The notes below the pieces were generated by a model, which was given only the letters and a program-made list of their open reading frames with translations, was not told the DNA's origin and did not search any database. Positions 38,451-52,600 of a stretch of 64,000 nucleotides of DNA are shown here, piece by piece (the stretch's first letter is position 1; every line of letters starts with the position of its first letter). Made by a program: the position numbers and the translations under genes. Source of the stretch: the human T2T-CHM13v2.0 reference genome, Homo sapiens; NCBI RefSeq assembly GCF_009914755.1, contig NC_060933.1, one strand, 5' to 3'.

Positions 38451-38824
38451 ATGTCTTTCAAATGTTATAACCTCTTTCATTTTTTTCAATGCTTTAAAAA
38501 AATTATATTCAGGTTGTTGTAAAAGTTTTATGACTTGGCTCCAAACTGTCACCTTGCCCTGGAAATCTCTATAGCCATATCTTGCATCATATCCTGGAGT
38601 TATTAACCAGTTATGTGTTCTACAGTAGTCAGGAATCAAGCAGTGGGTCTGGAGGACCAGGACAGAGAGTGAAGTTGGAGGGCAGTGAGTGCTGAGATGC
38701 CCCACCCATTCAGGTCCCTCTGTAGTGCCAAACATTACTTCCCCCTACACTCCCAACCCAGCTGAGGTGCATCTAGTTTACCTGAGAAGGGCCACAGGGA
38801 GCATGGAGAAGCACTCCAGTTCCC

Positions 38825-39517
38825 ATGGAGACTTGGCAAGGGCTAACCATGCAGCACTAGCTGGAGACAGCTAAGTTTTTAGAGCCTTGGAAGCAAGAGT
38901 GTGAATATGACCTTGTTTTGACCCCTCCTGCCAGGTGATTCATGAGCTGTGGGGGGTCCAGACCCACTGATGTCCAGTCAGGCCACAAAATGCAGTAAAT
39001 GGAAGGAGGCCTTCCCCCATACTTATGACCCAAAGAACTGGTAAAGAATGCAGGAGCTCATCTGTTCTTATGTTTAGAAGTTTCCATGTTCTGATTCCCC
39101 TAAGAGGAGACTGCACCAGACATAGGACTCTCATTTGTTTAAAAACAAACAAACAAAACAAAACAAAAAAAAACAGAATACATCACAACACAAAGAAGTT
39201 GAAAAAAAGAGGAGCTGTCTGATATCTTGGAAGGAGAATAGAGATGTTTAAAACATTGACTGCAACAGTGGCAGGTCCTCAAGAGATGGAACTACGTGAA
39301 TGAGCAGATGGAGTTAACTGTTCAGATCCTCTGATCATAGAGAGGGAGAGAAGATTGAAAGTGGATGAAGACTGAAGCACAGAGTCGTCTCACAGAGACA
39401 TGGCCAACCTCAGTGACTCCAGCATGGGAGACACTGATAGACCACAGTAGCCTGCAGAGTTTTGGAAGGGACAAGCCTTATTCTAGTGCCAGCTGCCAAC
39501 TGCTGTTTCCTCTTAAG
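38825..39517 (+). pseudogene. Degraded MXI1 processed pseudogene, copy 2 (full CDS span, followed by 3'UTR-like sequence)
   Basis: METWQGLTMQH*LETAKFLEPWKQECEYD (MXI1 MERVKMINVQRLLEAAEFLERRERECEHG), KELVKNAGAHLFLCLE, VLIPLRGDCTRHRTL, GPQEME, STESSHRDMANLS, DHSSLQSFGRDKPYSSAS (MXI1 DHSSLPSIGSDEGYSSAS); no introns. Confidence 0.9.
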
Positions 39518-40230
39518 GACCTAGCAAGTCATCACTCCACAGGGAAAATTATTCCATGAGGCCAGTGCAATCTAAGACATCTCTTAAATTTTGGTTATAA
39601 TGCAGCCTCCTTTAAAACTAAAACAAAATGAAGCAATACCTGAACAGAAGGGACATATCAGGTATTTGAGTATAATTAGAGGCAAGTAGGGCAGAGCCTT
39701 CCAAGCAGGACAGATATTAGTAATGTGCATATTTGAAGATCATAATAACTAATGATAGCAAAGACCTTTGTCAATATTCATTGAATGAAAATAGTTGAAA
39801 AATAAAACATTGGCAGTTTGATTCCCTTTGTTTTCTTTCCAGTTAGTACATTCTGCGATGAGTCAGCATATTTAGAATTTGGAACTCTTCCTGAAGATTA
39901 GAGTCCATAAAACAACAACAACAAAAAATCAAATTTAAATAAGTAACAAATTAGAACTATCAGCCATTAATGTATTATATAGCACCCTGTGACAGCCAAT
40001 TATGAAGCTAGTGATGATGAAATCTTTAGAGAATCAGACAACTACAAACAATTCATCTCTTGTTGTATAAAAGGAAACTCCAATTGTGCCTGTTAAAGGA
40101 GTTATAATGAGCTCCGCTTGCGGTGATTTCATGTGAAGCAAGCTACATCCTGTACTGATGGCACTAGGGCACCATCCCAACTCCCCAGATGGCCAAGACA
40201 CCTTGACAGGGATTATTGCCAGAGCATCTG

Positions 40231-40676
40231 GGTTATAGGGAAAAAAGTGACTGTTTTAGATGCTAATCTGCCATGTCACTCCTGATTAACCCCAAGTCTG
40301 GGAATGCCTCCAAGATATCTAGTTAATGCATTACTCTACGTAGAAACACCTATTTACTGTAAGTCTTACTTTTCCTCCATAATAAGCCTTGACGTTGCAG
40401 AAATCACAGACTGTGACACTCTTAGCATTCTCTCAGCCACCTACACCTTCCTTCCAGAGCAGATATACTTTTCCCCCAAGATATAACCCCTAGGTCTAGG
40501 GGGCTGCAGCACTGAGACCTACTTGTTTTGTTCCTACACAATGACATGTTTCTGTCTGTAAGCTCCCCAGAAAATCACCCTTTACCAACAAACTAAATTT
40601 ATCTGTCTTGTTCTTTGGTTTCTGGGCTCTTTTGGCATTTGGGGACCGCTTTGCGTATATAGCCTTTTCACAGAAT
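40231..40676 (+). mobile_element. Solo LTR (LTR47-like)
   Basis: Starts ggttatagggaaaaaagtgactg, ends ggggaccgctttgcgtatatagccttttcacagaa; absent from the paralogous cassette. Family name tentative. Confidence 0.55.
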
Positions 40677-42587
40677 GGGGTCTTTGCACATGTTGACTGA
40701 ACGTGCAGTCTGGGGACAGTGGAAAAAGCTCCATGTGACTCTGTGTGGGTCATACATGTTTGTGCACACAGGTAGGCAGGCCAACAACTTGGCAATGACA
40801 GGATTTTATTTCCTGATTTTGGTAAATGTTTGTAAACTAAAAATTACATCTTTTAAATCTTAAGAAACAGAAACACTGTAGAAGCAAGAGGTTGAAAATA
40901 TCATCCATTTTGATGCCAACAATTGACAATCCTAGATAGCCAAAGACAGCCTTACTAAGCAATGTGGCTGCTTTTGGAGTCAAAGGAAGACTCACTTTGG
41001 TAAGTAGCCTTTTGAAAGCATTCACTGCTGTGGTGTGGGAAGTGCATAATGTTTTTCCATCTTGCTCATACAAAATATTTTTTTTTGGCACTTACAGCTC
41101 AACTGTTGGATAAAAAGATAAAGAGAAGAAAAGGATCTTCAGTGGGTTCATCAGTAGACAACACAAAGTCCAGTCTGACCAGGTGGGAAGAAACTGATTT
41201 GTCATCCTTGGGAATGAGAACAGCATTAAAATGGAAAATATTAGGTGCTTTTTGCTTATTCAAGACAACTCAAGAGTCAAAAATAAATAGGCCTCTAGGA
41301 GTACGCATTTAATGGGTTCTTAAAGTGGTCTAAATATATTTCATTTAAGAAATCGCTCATTAATTTTTAGACTTTTTTATTGGCAGAAAAATCTGCTGCC
41401 TTATATCCATTTAGATGGTCTTTTGTTTACTTTTACGAAAAACTTAAAAGTCAGTCAGTTCAATTCACTCATAGCACACCTACTCTTGCCCTATAAAACA
41501 ATAGACAGCAACACATGGGCATTTGAAGTGGAACCCAGAATCCCTTGACAACTTACCCTCCCTGCTCTTCTTATTTCATGCTATGGCCTCTCCTTGGTTC
41601 ATGAATCTCATGTCCAGTTCTGTTTTTTTAATGGACTCCTCCAGACTCACTATTATCTCAGTTTGCCCTGTGGTTTTGACCTTAGGTCTTTGTTCTATTC
41701 CTTCAGATTTATATTTCTCTCCAGACAGTTATAAAAATGAGTGTAATCCAAACATGGTTATTGGGTTAACAGTTTTAATGATCTTAAAACAGTCACAGGC
41801 CTATAGTTATAATGCAATAATTTTGGTGTTATCTTTTAAAAAAATCATCATTGTTATAACACAACTAGGAGCAGAATCTTTTGGGAAATCAAATTCTGTT
41901 TCTTTGCAGGTTTCTAAATGCCATCTTTTCATTTCCTGGGTGGATTTTTTAACTAGGTACGGTGCTAAGGCAAGGCTAATATTCATTATCATGCCAGAGA
42001 GGACTAGTGTTCTAGCAACTGGGGTCTTGTTGCCAGTCTACTGTGAGTTGGTTGGTGTGACTCCTCCTTTCTTAGCTCAGAGGTGATAACATCTGCATTC
42101 AATGAAAGAAGAGCAGGTGGCTGGTCTTGCAAAGCTGAGGACAATCCATTGACCCAGGAGTTGCTCTTCTGTGAGGCTCTGGCAGAAGCAGCCGTTTCCC
42201 TTGCTTTTGTGTACCTCAACAATGACATTCATCCTTCCCCTGGGACAGAGTCCCTAGTCTCTAATTTTGCTGCACTGAATTTTGCTAACATATGTTTTGC
42301 TATTTTGTCAGCAGAAAGTCACTTCTCTTACTTCCTGATATTCAGGCTTATATTTGTTTTGTTTTTAATATATAAGCAATTGTTGAGGTTTGCTTTCTAG
42401 GAAAGTTGAAATGAGAGACAAAAAATCTGAAATCTTGAAAATTATGGAGAAGAACAATATGGTTCCTTTGCCTTTCTTTTACTTTTCTTTATTTGTTTTA
42501 ATTCATCATAAATAAGAATATCATGTAGGAGAAGCAAGATATACCTTACCCAGTAAACCACTATGTGAAAAGAAGTTACAAAAATTC

Positions 42588-42914
<327 letters not shown>

Positions 42915-44403
42915 TCACAAACAAGTAAGGAAATAAGGCTATTTCTTTCTTACTGAATAACCTGAGCCTCACTGCCCTGCATTGTCAGAGTGAGACAGAC
43001 ACAGAAAAAGACTCCATTAGAATCATGCTGACTGTATAAAATAACTTTAGGTCACTAGTTTCTGTAAATTAGGTTGTAATAAAAGAAAATATTGTTACTG
43101 AATCCCCTGTGTCCACCTCAGAAACTTCAAGCATAACAAGTTTTCAGTGGTTTAAGTAAAGGTCTTCATCAATAAAAACTGTACTTCGCAAAATAAGAAT
43201 TACTTGACTAAGGAAGGTAAAATGATTGCAGTTGCATAAGTCCTCTACCTCCTTAGACAAAACAAGCCTTTGCTATCAGCATTGGAGGACTGTTGAGACT
43301 TTTGATACCTAGGAACATGGCTCAGGAGAGGAAGAGGCCATCACTGAGGGCTAGGGTCCCTCACACAAACACTCTAGGGACAAAGGCAAGGGCCTTAGAA
43401 GATAGATTATTTTGGCAGCAAAGAAACAAGACATTCCTCAGGGGTTGAATTCTGAAGTCATCAGGATGTGGTGAGCCTGTTTTCAGGGAATAAATCTGTC
43501 TGGAAGATTTTGGATTCAGGCTACTTTGTGACTCTATAGGAGAGAGTGTTAGTGGATGTGATAACTACCTTGTGAGTGAGGTGATGTTGGAAAACATTAT
43601 CTTGGAATTAGAATCTCTACACCTATATGCACCTGAAAAACAGCCAGGATTCTTCCTGAGGGAATTGACACAGCCTGAGGAGCACTTAGTCCACCAGTAA
43701 GAAATGGTGAAAAAAACAGCAATGGTCTGCATTAATCCTGACTTTGTGACCCCCATGAACCACGGCCTCATGGACCTCAATAAATGCATTTTAGAAGGAA
43801 GAGAAATTTCACAGAAGTTCATTCACCAATACCCATCAATCTCTGCTGTGAATAAAACAGCAAACAAACCCAGTCCTAAAGAGTTTGAATGCCATAGATG
43901 GTCTGGTATATCCCTAACTTCATACACCCATAGAGGTGAGGGAGTCTGATTTCCTATGTAAAGTATGGAGGGTAAAAATAGAGCCTAGGATCAGGGCTCA
44001 AAATCTTTTCCAAGAACAGAAAAAGCAATGTTTATATATTAAAAAATAGTGTGTGCATGCGTGCATGTGTGTGTGTGATTTACATACATATATACGCTTA
44101 GGCCTTTAGGACAAAGATGTTTCTCATGCAATTGATAAATATCCATTTTGATTGACACCTCTAAAGTTTACTAGGAAAATTAGACTTCTATTGCAAAATT
44201 AATAGTATGGAGTGATGTTTCTTCTTAGGTCATATGAAGAATAAAAAAATAATAAAAAGGGAAATAAGTGTAGAGGAATGCAGAAAATGAAAACTATTTG
44301 TTTCCTGTTAAAAGCCATGCATAGTGAATGTCTTGAGAGAACCTAGGTTCCAAATTACACTCAGACCCCAGCTCCACCAGGCCAGCAGCTCCCTCATTTC
44401 CCA

Positions 44404-44987
44404 GTGGCCTGCCTTCACTCTCTAGTGGTGGTCCTAGTTGTGTGCAGCTGTGGCTCTTTTTGATCTCTGGGATGTGACCTGACTCAGAACCATGGTCTGA
44501 CAGGAAGGAAGACGTTGGTGCTTCTGGGCCAAATGAAATGGATCTCCCCTTTCTTGTGTCTCAAGGACAGAAGAGACTTCAGGTTTCCCCTGGAGATGTG
44601 TATGACAGCCAGTTGCAGCAGGCCCAGGCCCTGTCTGTCCTCCATGAGATGCTGCAGCAGATCTTCAGCCTCTTCCACACAGAGCGCTCCTCTGCTGCCT
44701 GGAACACGACCCTCCTGGACCAACTCCACACTGGACTTCATCAGCAGCTGGAACACCTGGAGACCTGCTTGGTGCGGGCAGTGGGAGAGGGAGAATCTGC
44801 TGGGTGATTGGGAGCTCTACACTGGCCTTGAGAAGGTACTTCCAGAGAATCTGTCTCTACCTGAAAGAGAAGAAACAGTGACTGTGCCTGGGAAGTTGTC
44901 AGAGTGGAAATCATGAGATCCTTCTCTATATCAACAAACTCACAGGAAAGATTGAGAAGTAAGAATGGAGACATGGAGTCATCTTAA
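44404..44987 (+). pseudogene. IFNWP2: Interferon-omega pseudogene
   Basis: GTG start, [91 protein letters not shown]; omega-specific C-terminal extension; several frameshifts and stops. Confidence 0.92.
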
Positions 44988-46309
44988 AATAATTCTCATT
45001 GACTAATCTGCCATGTCACACTTTCACATATGATCTTGGATGTTTTGCTTTAGTTACTGAATTGGTTGAGTTAAATTCAGCAAATACTTCATCAGTATAT
45101 TAAGCAAGTATGTGTTCAAAACATTTAGCTCCAGCGGCATGGGACTCTAAGAGATGACTCCCCTGATGTTATTTATTTATTTCCACTATTTTGCATCTAT
45201 TGTATTTATAATATTTAGATATTTTACATATAACATGTTAATCTTCACATTGTATTAACATTTACAAAATATATTCACCATTGAATGTTATTAAATTAGC
45301 AGTTTTGATTTGTTAAATATTTATCAAAGAAAATTTTCATTTTGTTTATTCTAAAACCTAAGCCAAATTGAAGAAAGGATTGCAAAATTTAATTATTCAT
45401 ACATTCCATTCACATTATATTTATGAACTAAGTAAGTGGCAGACTGTAGAAATTCCTTCAAGTAATACAGGTGACTAGAGCAAACACAGTTTCTGCTGTG
45501 TTGGAATTCTCAGTCTAAGAGGGAAGGAGACATAAAAACCATACTAATGTTTATATTATTTCAATTATATTAAGTGCTTCAGAGAGAAGTAAAGGAAAAT
45601 TATGTTCTCACACCAGAATCTTTAGGTGTAAATGATGCTGGGAAGGGAAAAAAAAATGGATGTCTTCCCAAAGCGCCCAGGAGACATGAAAGTGCAGAGG
45701 TCTTATTGGCAGCTGGGAATGCTGGCCTAGAATGAACAAATACCATGGGCATAGGTATTAATTTAAGATTCTTTATTGCATTTCTGGTAATCAGGGCATG
45801 GGAATGGATGTGATCACATATAAATAAGGGGAGAAAATTAGATGAGCACTAATCTATGTTCTACAGACTGTCAATATTTAAAGGTACAGCAGAGAAGGAG
45901 AGTCTGCAAAAGACACCGGGATAGAGTGGCCAGTGCACTTAGATGAAGAAATAAGGAAGAATGAGGGAGAGACTAATGAAGGGAACAGTAATGCGTTCAG
46001 GGAAGATGGGGACTGACCTGTCCTAGTGGACCTGAAACACACTCCACCATTGATTTTAGGATGATCTGGTTTTGCAGAATGAATGGGACAGAGACCAGAT
46101 GGGAGTAGTTTGAAGAAGAAACACAAGAAGTGGTATTAGGTGCACTATGTATAGAAGATCATCTTGGGAAGCTTGTTTGCGGTGTTAGGAAATAGGGTGA
46201 TACCTGGAGGAGGGTGTGGGTTAACATTGCCACGCATATTTTTCAAATGTTTTCTGAGCATCATTTTCAAAGAATAGCTGAATTTGAGTAAAACCTTTAA
46301 ATATTTCTT

Positions 46310-47963
46310 TATTGAGATATGATTAAAAATATATTATTTAAAGTGTAAAACATAGGGATTAGGTATAAATATACCTTGTGTAATGATTTCTACACATTAC
46401 ATAATCCACAGCTAATTAACACATTCATCACCTGACATAGTTGTTTTGTTTTTGTATGCACGCTGAGAACACTAAAGATTTACTTGCGTTTAAATCTTTA
46501 ATCCATCTTGATTTAATTTTTGTATGTGGTGAAAGGTAGGGGTCCAGTTTTATTCTTCTGCATATGGCTACTCAGCTATCCCAGAACCATTTATTGAATA
46601 GGGAGTCTTTTCCCCATTGCTTATTTTTGTCGACTTTGTAGAAGATCAAATGGCTGTAGGTGTGTGGCTCTATTTATGAGTTATCTATTTTGTTTCATTG
46701 GTCTATGTGTCTGTTTTTGGTTGCTGTCATCTTATAGTATAGTTTGAAGTCCAGTAATGTGATGCCTCTGGCTTTGTTCTTTTTGTTTAGAATTGCTTTA
46801 GTTATTTGGACTCTTTTTTGGTTACATATGAATTTTAGAATAGTATATTTCTAGTTTTGTGAAAATGACATTGGTTGTTTGATAGGAATAGCATCAAATC
46901 TGTAGATTGCCTTGGGCAGTATGGCCATTTTAACAATATTGATTCTTCTAATCCATGAACATGGAATGTTTTTCCATTTGTTTGTCTCATCTATGATTTC
47001 TTTCAGCAGTGTTTTGTAGTTCTCCTTGCAAATATATTTCACCTCATTTATTAAATATATTCCTAGGTGTTTTATTTTTGTGTGGCTACATGGATTACAT
47101 TCTTGATTTGACTCTCAGCTTGAACATTATTGATGTCTAGAAATTCTACTGATTTTTGTACATTGATTTGTATCCTGAAACATTAGTGAAGTCGTTTATC
47201 AGCTTGAGGAGCCTTTTCGCAGAGTCTTTAGGGTTTTCTAGGTATAGGATTATAACTTCCACTCAGAGAGGTAGTTTGACTTCTTCCTTTCCTATGCCAT
47301 TTCTTTCTTTCTCTTACCTGATTGCTCTAGCTATAAGTTCTAGCACTATTTTGAATAGGAGTGGTGAGAGTGGACATCCTTGTCTTGCTCTAGTTCTCAA
47401 GGGGAATGCTTCCAGTTTTTGCCCATTCAGTTTGATGTTAGCTGTGGGTTTGTCATAGACGGCTCTTATTGTTTTGAGGAATGTTCCTTCGATGCCTAGT
47501 TTCTTGAGAGTTTTTAGCATGAAGGGATGGTGGATTTAATTGAAAATTTTTTCCATGTCTATTGAGGCTATTATGTGGTTTTGCTTTTAATTCTATTTAT
47601 GTGATGAATAACATTTATTAATTTCTGTATGTTGAACCAAATTTACATCCCAGGAGCAAAGCCTACTTGATCATGCTGAATTAACTTGTTGATGTACTGT
47701 TGAATTCGGTTTGCTAGTATTTTCTAGAGGATTTTTGCACCTATGTTGTTCAGGGATATTGGCCTGTTGTTTGTGTTTTTCATTGTCTTTGCCAGGTTTT
47801 GGTATTAGGGTGATGTTGGCTTCACAGAATGAATTAGGGAGGAGTCCCTCCTCTTATTTATTTATTTATTTATTTTTGGGAAATAGTTTCACTAGAATTG
47901 TTACCATCTCTTCTTTGAATTTGGCTGTGAAGCCATCTGGTCTGGGGCTTTTTGTGGTTGGTA

Positions 47964-47994
<31 letters not shown>

Positions 47995-50900
47995 CTGTTG
48001 CCCAGGCTGGAATGCAGTGGCACACTCTTGGCTTACTGTAACCTGCACCTCCCAGGTCAAGTGATTCTCCTGCCTCAGCCTCCTGAGTAGCTGGTATTAC
48101 AGGCATGCACCACCATGCCCAGCTAATTTTTGTATTTTTAGTAGAGATAGGGTTTTACTATGTTGGCCAGGCTGGTCTCAAACTCCTGACTTCAGGAGAT
48201 CCACCCGCCTTTGCCTCCCAAAGTGCTGGGATTACAGGTGTGAGCCATGATGCCCAGCCACATGTAGCTTTATAATAGAGTGATTTATATTTTGGGGGTG
48301 TATATCTAGTAATGGGATTGCTGGGTCAAATGATCTTTCTGGTTCTAAATCTTTGAGGAATTGCCACACCATCTTCCACAATGGTTGAACGAATTTACAT
48401 TCCCACCAACAGTGTAAAAGTGTTCCTATTCCTCTGCAACCTCACCAGCATCTCTTGTTTCTTGACTTTTTAATAATTGTCATTCTGACTGGCGTGGTAT
48501 GGTATCTCATTTTGGTTTTGATTTGCATTTCTCTAAAGATCAGTGATGCTGAGATTTTTTCATGTTTGTTGGCTATATGTACGTCTTATTTTGAGAAATG
48601 TCTGTTCATGTCTTTTGCCCACCTTTCGATGTGTTTCTTTTTTTATTTTTCTTGTAAATTTGCTTAAGTTCCTTGAAGATTCTAGATATTAGACCTTTGT
48701 CAGATGGATTGATTGCAAAAATTTTCTCCCATTCTGTAGGTTGTCTGTTCGCTCTGATGATAGTTTCTTTTGTGCAGAAGCTCTTTAATTTAATTAGATC
48801 CCATCTGTCAATTTTTGCTTTCCTTGCAATTGCTTTTGGCCAATTTCATCATAAAACCTTTGGCCATGCCTGTGTCCTGATTTTCTTCTAGGGTTTTTAT
48901 AGTTTTGGGTTTTACATTTAAGTCTTTAATCCATCTTGAGTTAAATTTTGTATAAGGTGTAAGGAAGAGGTTCAGTTTCAATTTTCTGCATATGGCTAGC
49001 TAGTTCTTCCTGCACCATTTGTTAAATAGGGATTCCTTTCCACATGGCTTATTTTTGTCAGGTTTGTCAAAGATCAGATGCTTTATATGTGTGGTTTTAT
49101 TTCTGAGTTCTCTATTTTGTTCCATTGGTCTATGTACCTGTTTGTGTATCAATACTATGCTCTTTTGGTTACTATAGCCTTATAGTATAGTTAGAAGTCA
49201 GGTAGCGTGATGCCTCTGGCTTTGCTCTTTTTGCTTAGGATTGACCTGGCTGTATGAGCTCTTTTTTGGTTCCATATGAATTTTAAAATAGTTTTTTCTA
49301 ATTCTGGAAGAATCTCAATGGTAGTTTAATGGGAATAGCATTGAATCTATAAATTGCTTTGGGCAGTATGGCCATTTTCATGATATTGATTCTTCCTATC
49401 CATGAGCATGGAATGTTTTTCCATCTGCTTGTGTCCTCTCTGATATCCTTTAGCAGTGGTTTGTAGTTCTCCTTGAAGAGGTCCTTCACTTCCCTTGTTA
49501 GCTGTATTCCTAGGTATTTTATTCTCTTTGTAACAATTGTGAATGGCAGTTCATTCATGATTGCAGTCTCTTCTTGTCTGTTATTGGTGTAAAGAAATGC
49601 TTGTGATTTCTGCACATTGATTTTGTATCCTGAGACTTTGCTGAGGTTGCTTACCAGCTTAAGAAGCTTTTGGGCTGAGATGATGTGGTTTTCTAGATAT
49701 AGGATCATGTCGTCTGCAAACAAAGACAATTTGAGTTCCTCTCTTTCTATTTTAATACACTTCATTTTTTTTTTATTGCCTGCTTGCCCTGGCTAGAACA
49801 TCCAGTACTATGTTGAATAAGAGCGGTGAGAGAGGGCATCCTTGTCTTGTGTTGGTTTTCAAGGGGAATGCTATCAGCTTTTGCCAATTCAGTATGATAG
49901 TGGCTGTGGGTTTATCATATCTGGCTCTTATTATTTTGAGATATGTTCCTTCAATTCCTAGTTTATTGAGAGTTTTTAACATGAAGTGATGTTGAATTTT
50001 ATCAAAGTCCTTTTCTGCGTCTATTGAGAAAATCATGTGGTTTTTGTCTTTAGTTCTGTTTATGTGATGAATTACATTTATTGATTTGAGTATGTTGAAC
50101 CAGCCTTGCGTCCCAGGGATGAAGCCGACTTGATCGTGGAGGATAAGCTTTTTGATGTGCTTCTGGATTCAGTTTGCCAGTATTTTATTCCTCAGTATTT
50201 TTGCATTGATGTTCATCAGGGATATTGGCCTGAAGTTTTCTTTTTTGTTGTATCTCTGCCAGGTTTTTGTATCAGGTTGATGCTGGCCTCATAAAATGAG
50301 TTAGGGAGGAGCCTCTCCTTTTCAACTGTTTGGAAGAGTTTCAGAAGAAATGGTACCAGCTCCTCTTTGTACCTCTGGTAGAATTGACCTGTAAATCCAT
50401 CTGGACCTGGGTTTTTTTTGGTTGGTAGGCTATATATTACTGCCTCAATTTTGGAACTTTTTATTGGTCTATTCAGGGATTCAAATTCTTCCTGGTTCAG
50501 TCTTAGGAGGGTGTATGTGCCCAGGAATTTATCCATTTCTTATAGATTTTCAAGTTTATTTGCACAGAGGTGTATGTAGTATTCTCTGATGGTTGTTTAT
50601 ATTTTTGTGGGGTCAGTGGTGGTATCCCCCTTATCATTTCTGATTGTGTTTATTTGAATCTTCTCTCTTTTCTTCTTTATTAGTGTAGGTAGTGGTAAAT
50701 TTTATTGTATTTTTGTTTTTTGTTTTTTGTTTTTTTAAATCCAGTGCCTAGATTCATTGATTTTTTTGAAGGGTTTTTCGTGTCTCTAGCCCCTTCAGTT
50801 CTGCTCAGAGCTTGGTTATTTCTTGTCTCCTGCTAGCTCTGGGGTTTGTTTGTTCTTGGATCTCTAGTTCTTTTCATCGCGATATTAGGCTGTTGATTTG

Positions 50901-52600
50901 AGATATTTCTAGTTTTCTGATGTAGGCACTTAGTGCTATAAATTTCTCTCTTAACACTGCTTTAGCTGTGTCCCAGATATTCTGGTACATTTTCTCTTTG
51001 TTCTCATTGGTTTCAAAGAACTTCTTGATTTCTGCCTAGATTTCATTATTTACCCAGAAGTCATTCAGAAGCAGGTTGTTTAATTTCCATGTAGTTGTGT
51101 TGTTTTGAGTGGGTTTCTCAATCTTGAGTTCTAATTTGATTGTGCTGTGGTCTGAGATAGTCTCTGTTATGATTTCCGTTCTTTTGCATTTTCTGAGGAG
51201 TGTTTTACTTCCAATTATGTGATCAAATTTAGAGTAAGTACAATGTGGTGTCAATAAAAACGTATATTCTGTTGTTGTTGGGTGGAGAGTTCTGTAGATA
51301 ACTATCAGGTCCACTTGATCCAAAGCTAAGTTCAAGTCCTTGAATATCTTGGTTCATTTTCTGTCTCAACGATCTGTCTAATACAGACAGTGAGGTATTA
51401 AAGTCTCCCACTATCATTGTATGGGAATCTAAGTCTCTTTGTAGGTCTTTAAGAACTTGTTTTATGAATCTGGGTGCTTCTGTATTGGGTGCATATATTT
51501 TTAGGATAGTTAGCTCTTCAAGTTGAATTGTACCTTTTACAATTATATAATACCCTTCTTTGTCTTTTTTGACCTTTGTTGGTTTAAGGTCTATTTTGTT
51601 AGAAACTAGGATTGCAACCCCTGCTTTTTTCTGCTTTCCATTTGCTTGGTAAATTTTCCTCCATGCCTTTATTTTGAGCTATTCGTGTCTTTGCATGTGA
51701 GATGTGTCTTTCGAATACAGCACACTGATAGGTCTTGTCTTTTTATCCAGCTTGCCATTCTGTGTCTTTTAATTGGGGTAATTATCCCATTTACATTTAG
51801 GGTTAATATTGTTATATCTGAATTTGATCCTGTCATCATAATGCTCGCTGGTTAATTTTGCAGACTTGTTAATGTAGTTGCTTCATAGTGTCATTGGTCT
51901 GTGTACTTCAATGTGTTTTTGTAGTGGCTGGTTTTTCCTTTCCATGTTTAGTGCTTCCTTCAGGAAGTCAGTGCAAGTCAGGCCTGGTGGTGATGAAATT
52001 CCTCAGCATATGCATGTCTAAAAGGAATTTATTTATCCTTTGCCTATAAAGCTTGTTTTGCTTGATTTGAAATTCTGGGTTGAAAATTGTTTTCTTTAAG
52101 AATGTGGAATATTGCCCCCTAATCTCTTCTGGCTTGTAGGATTTCCACTGAGAAGTCTGCTGTTAGTCTGATGGGCTTCCCTTTGTAGATGACCTGGCCT
52201 TTTTCTCTGTCTGCCCTTAACACTTTTTCTGTCATTTTGACCTTGATAAATTGAAAATTATGTTTCTTGGAGTTGTTCTTCTTGTGGAGTATTTTATTGG
52301 GGTTCTCTGGATTTCCTGAATTTGAATGTTGGCCTGTCTTGCTAGGTTGGGGAAGTTCTTCTGGATGATATCCTAAAGTGTGTTTTCCAACTTGGTTTTA
52401 TTCTCCTCATCTCTTTCAGGTACTCCAATCAGTTGTAGGTTTGGACTTTTTACATAGTCCCATTGTTCTTAGAGATTTTGTCCATTTCTTTTCATTCTTT
52501 TTTCCCTAATCTTATCTGTCTGCCTTATTTCAGCAAGACAGGCTTCAAGCTCTAATACTACTTCTTCCACTTCTTGAATTTGGCTATTGATACTTGTATT
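46310..52600 (-). mobile_element. Cluster of L1 elements (L1M 3' stub; L1PB-like ORF2 piece about 46490-47965; longer L1P ORF1-ORF2 about 48260-52600)
   Basis: ORF-track peptides [50 protein letters not shown]; the same ORF2 region appears twice, so at least two elements. Confidence 0.92.
47968..48258 (-). mobile_element. AluS at the junction of two L1s
   Basis: Poly-T then reverse Alu dimer. Confidence 0.93.

Noticed and set aside
40840-42400. 187-aa plus ORF (41523-42086) and a possible large minus-strand exon with an acceptor near 42397
   Set aside because: No recognisable protein, frames are not conserved in the paralogue (55.3-57.1 kb) and the acceptor AG is AA there. The position is better explained as MXI1 3'UTR-derived or neutral cassette sequence.
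46851-51417. L1 ORF2-like peptides (RT/endonuclease) of 60-155 aa
   Set aside because: Fragments of decayed L1s, not genes.
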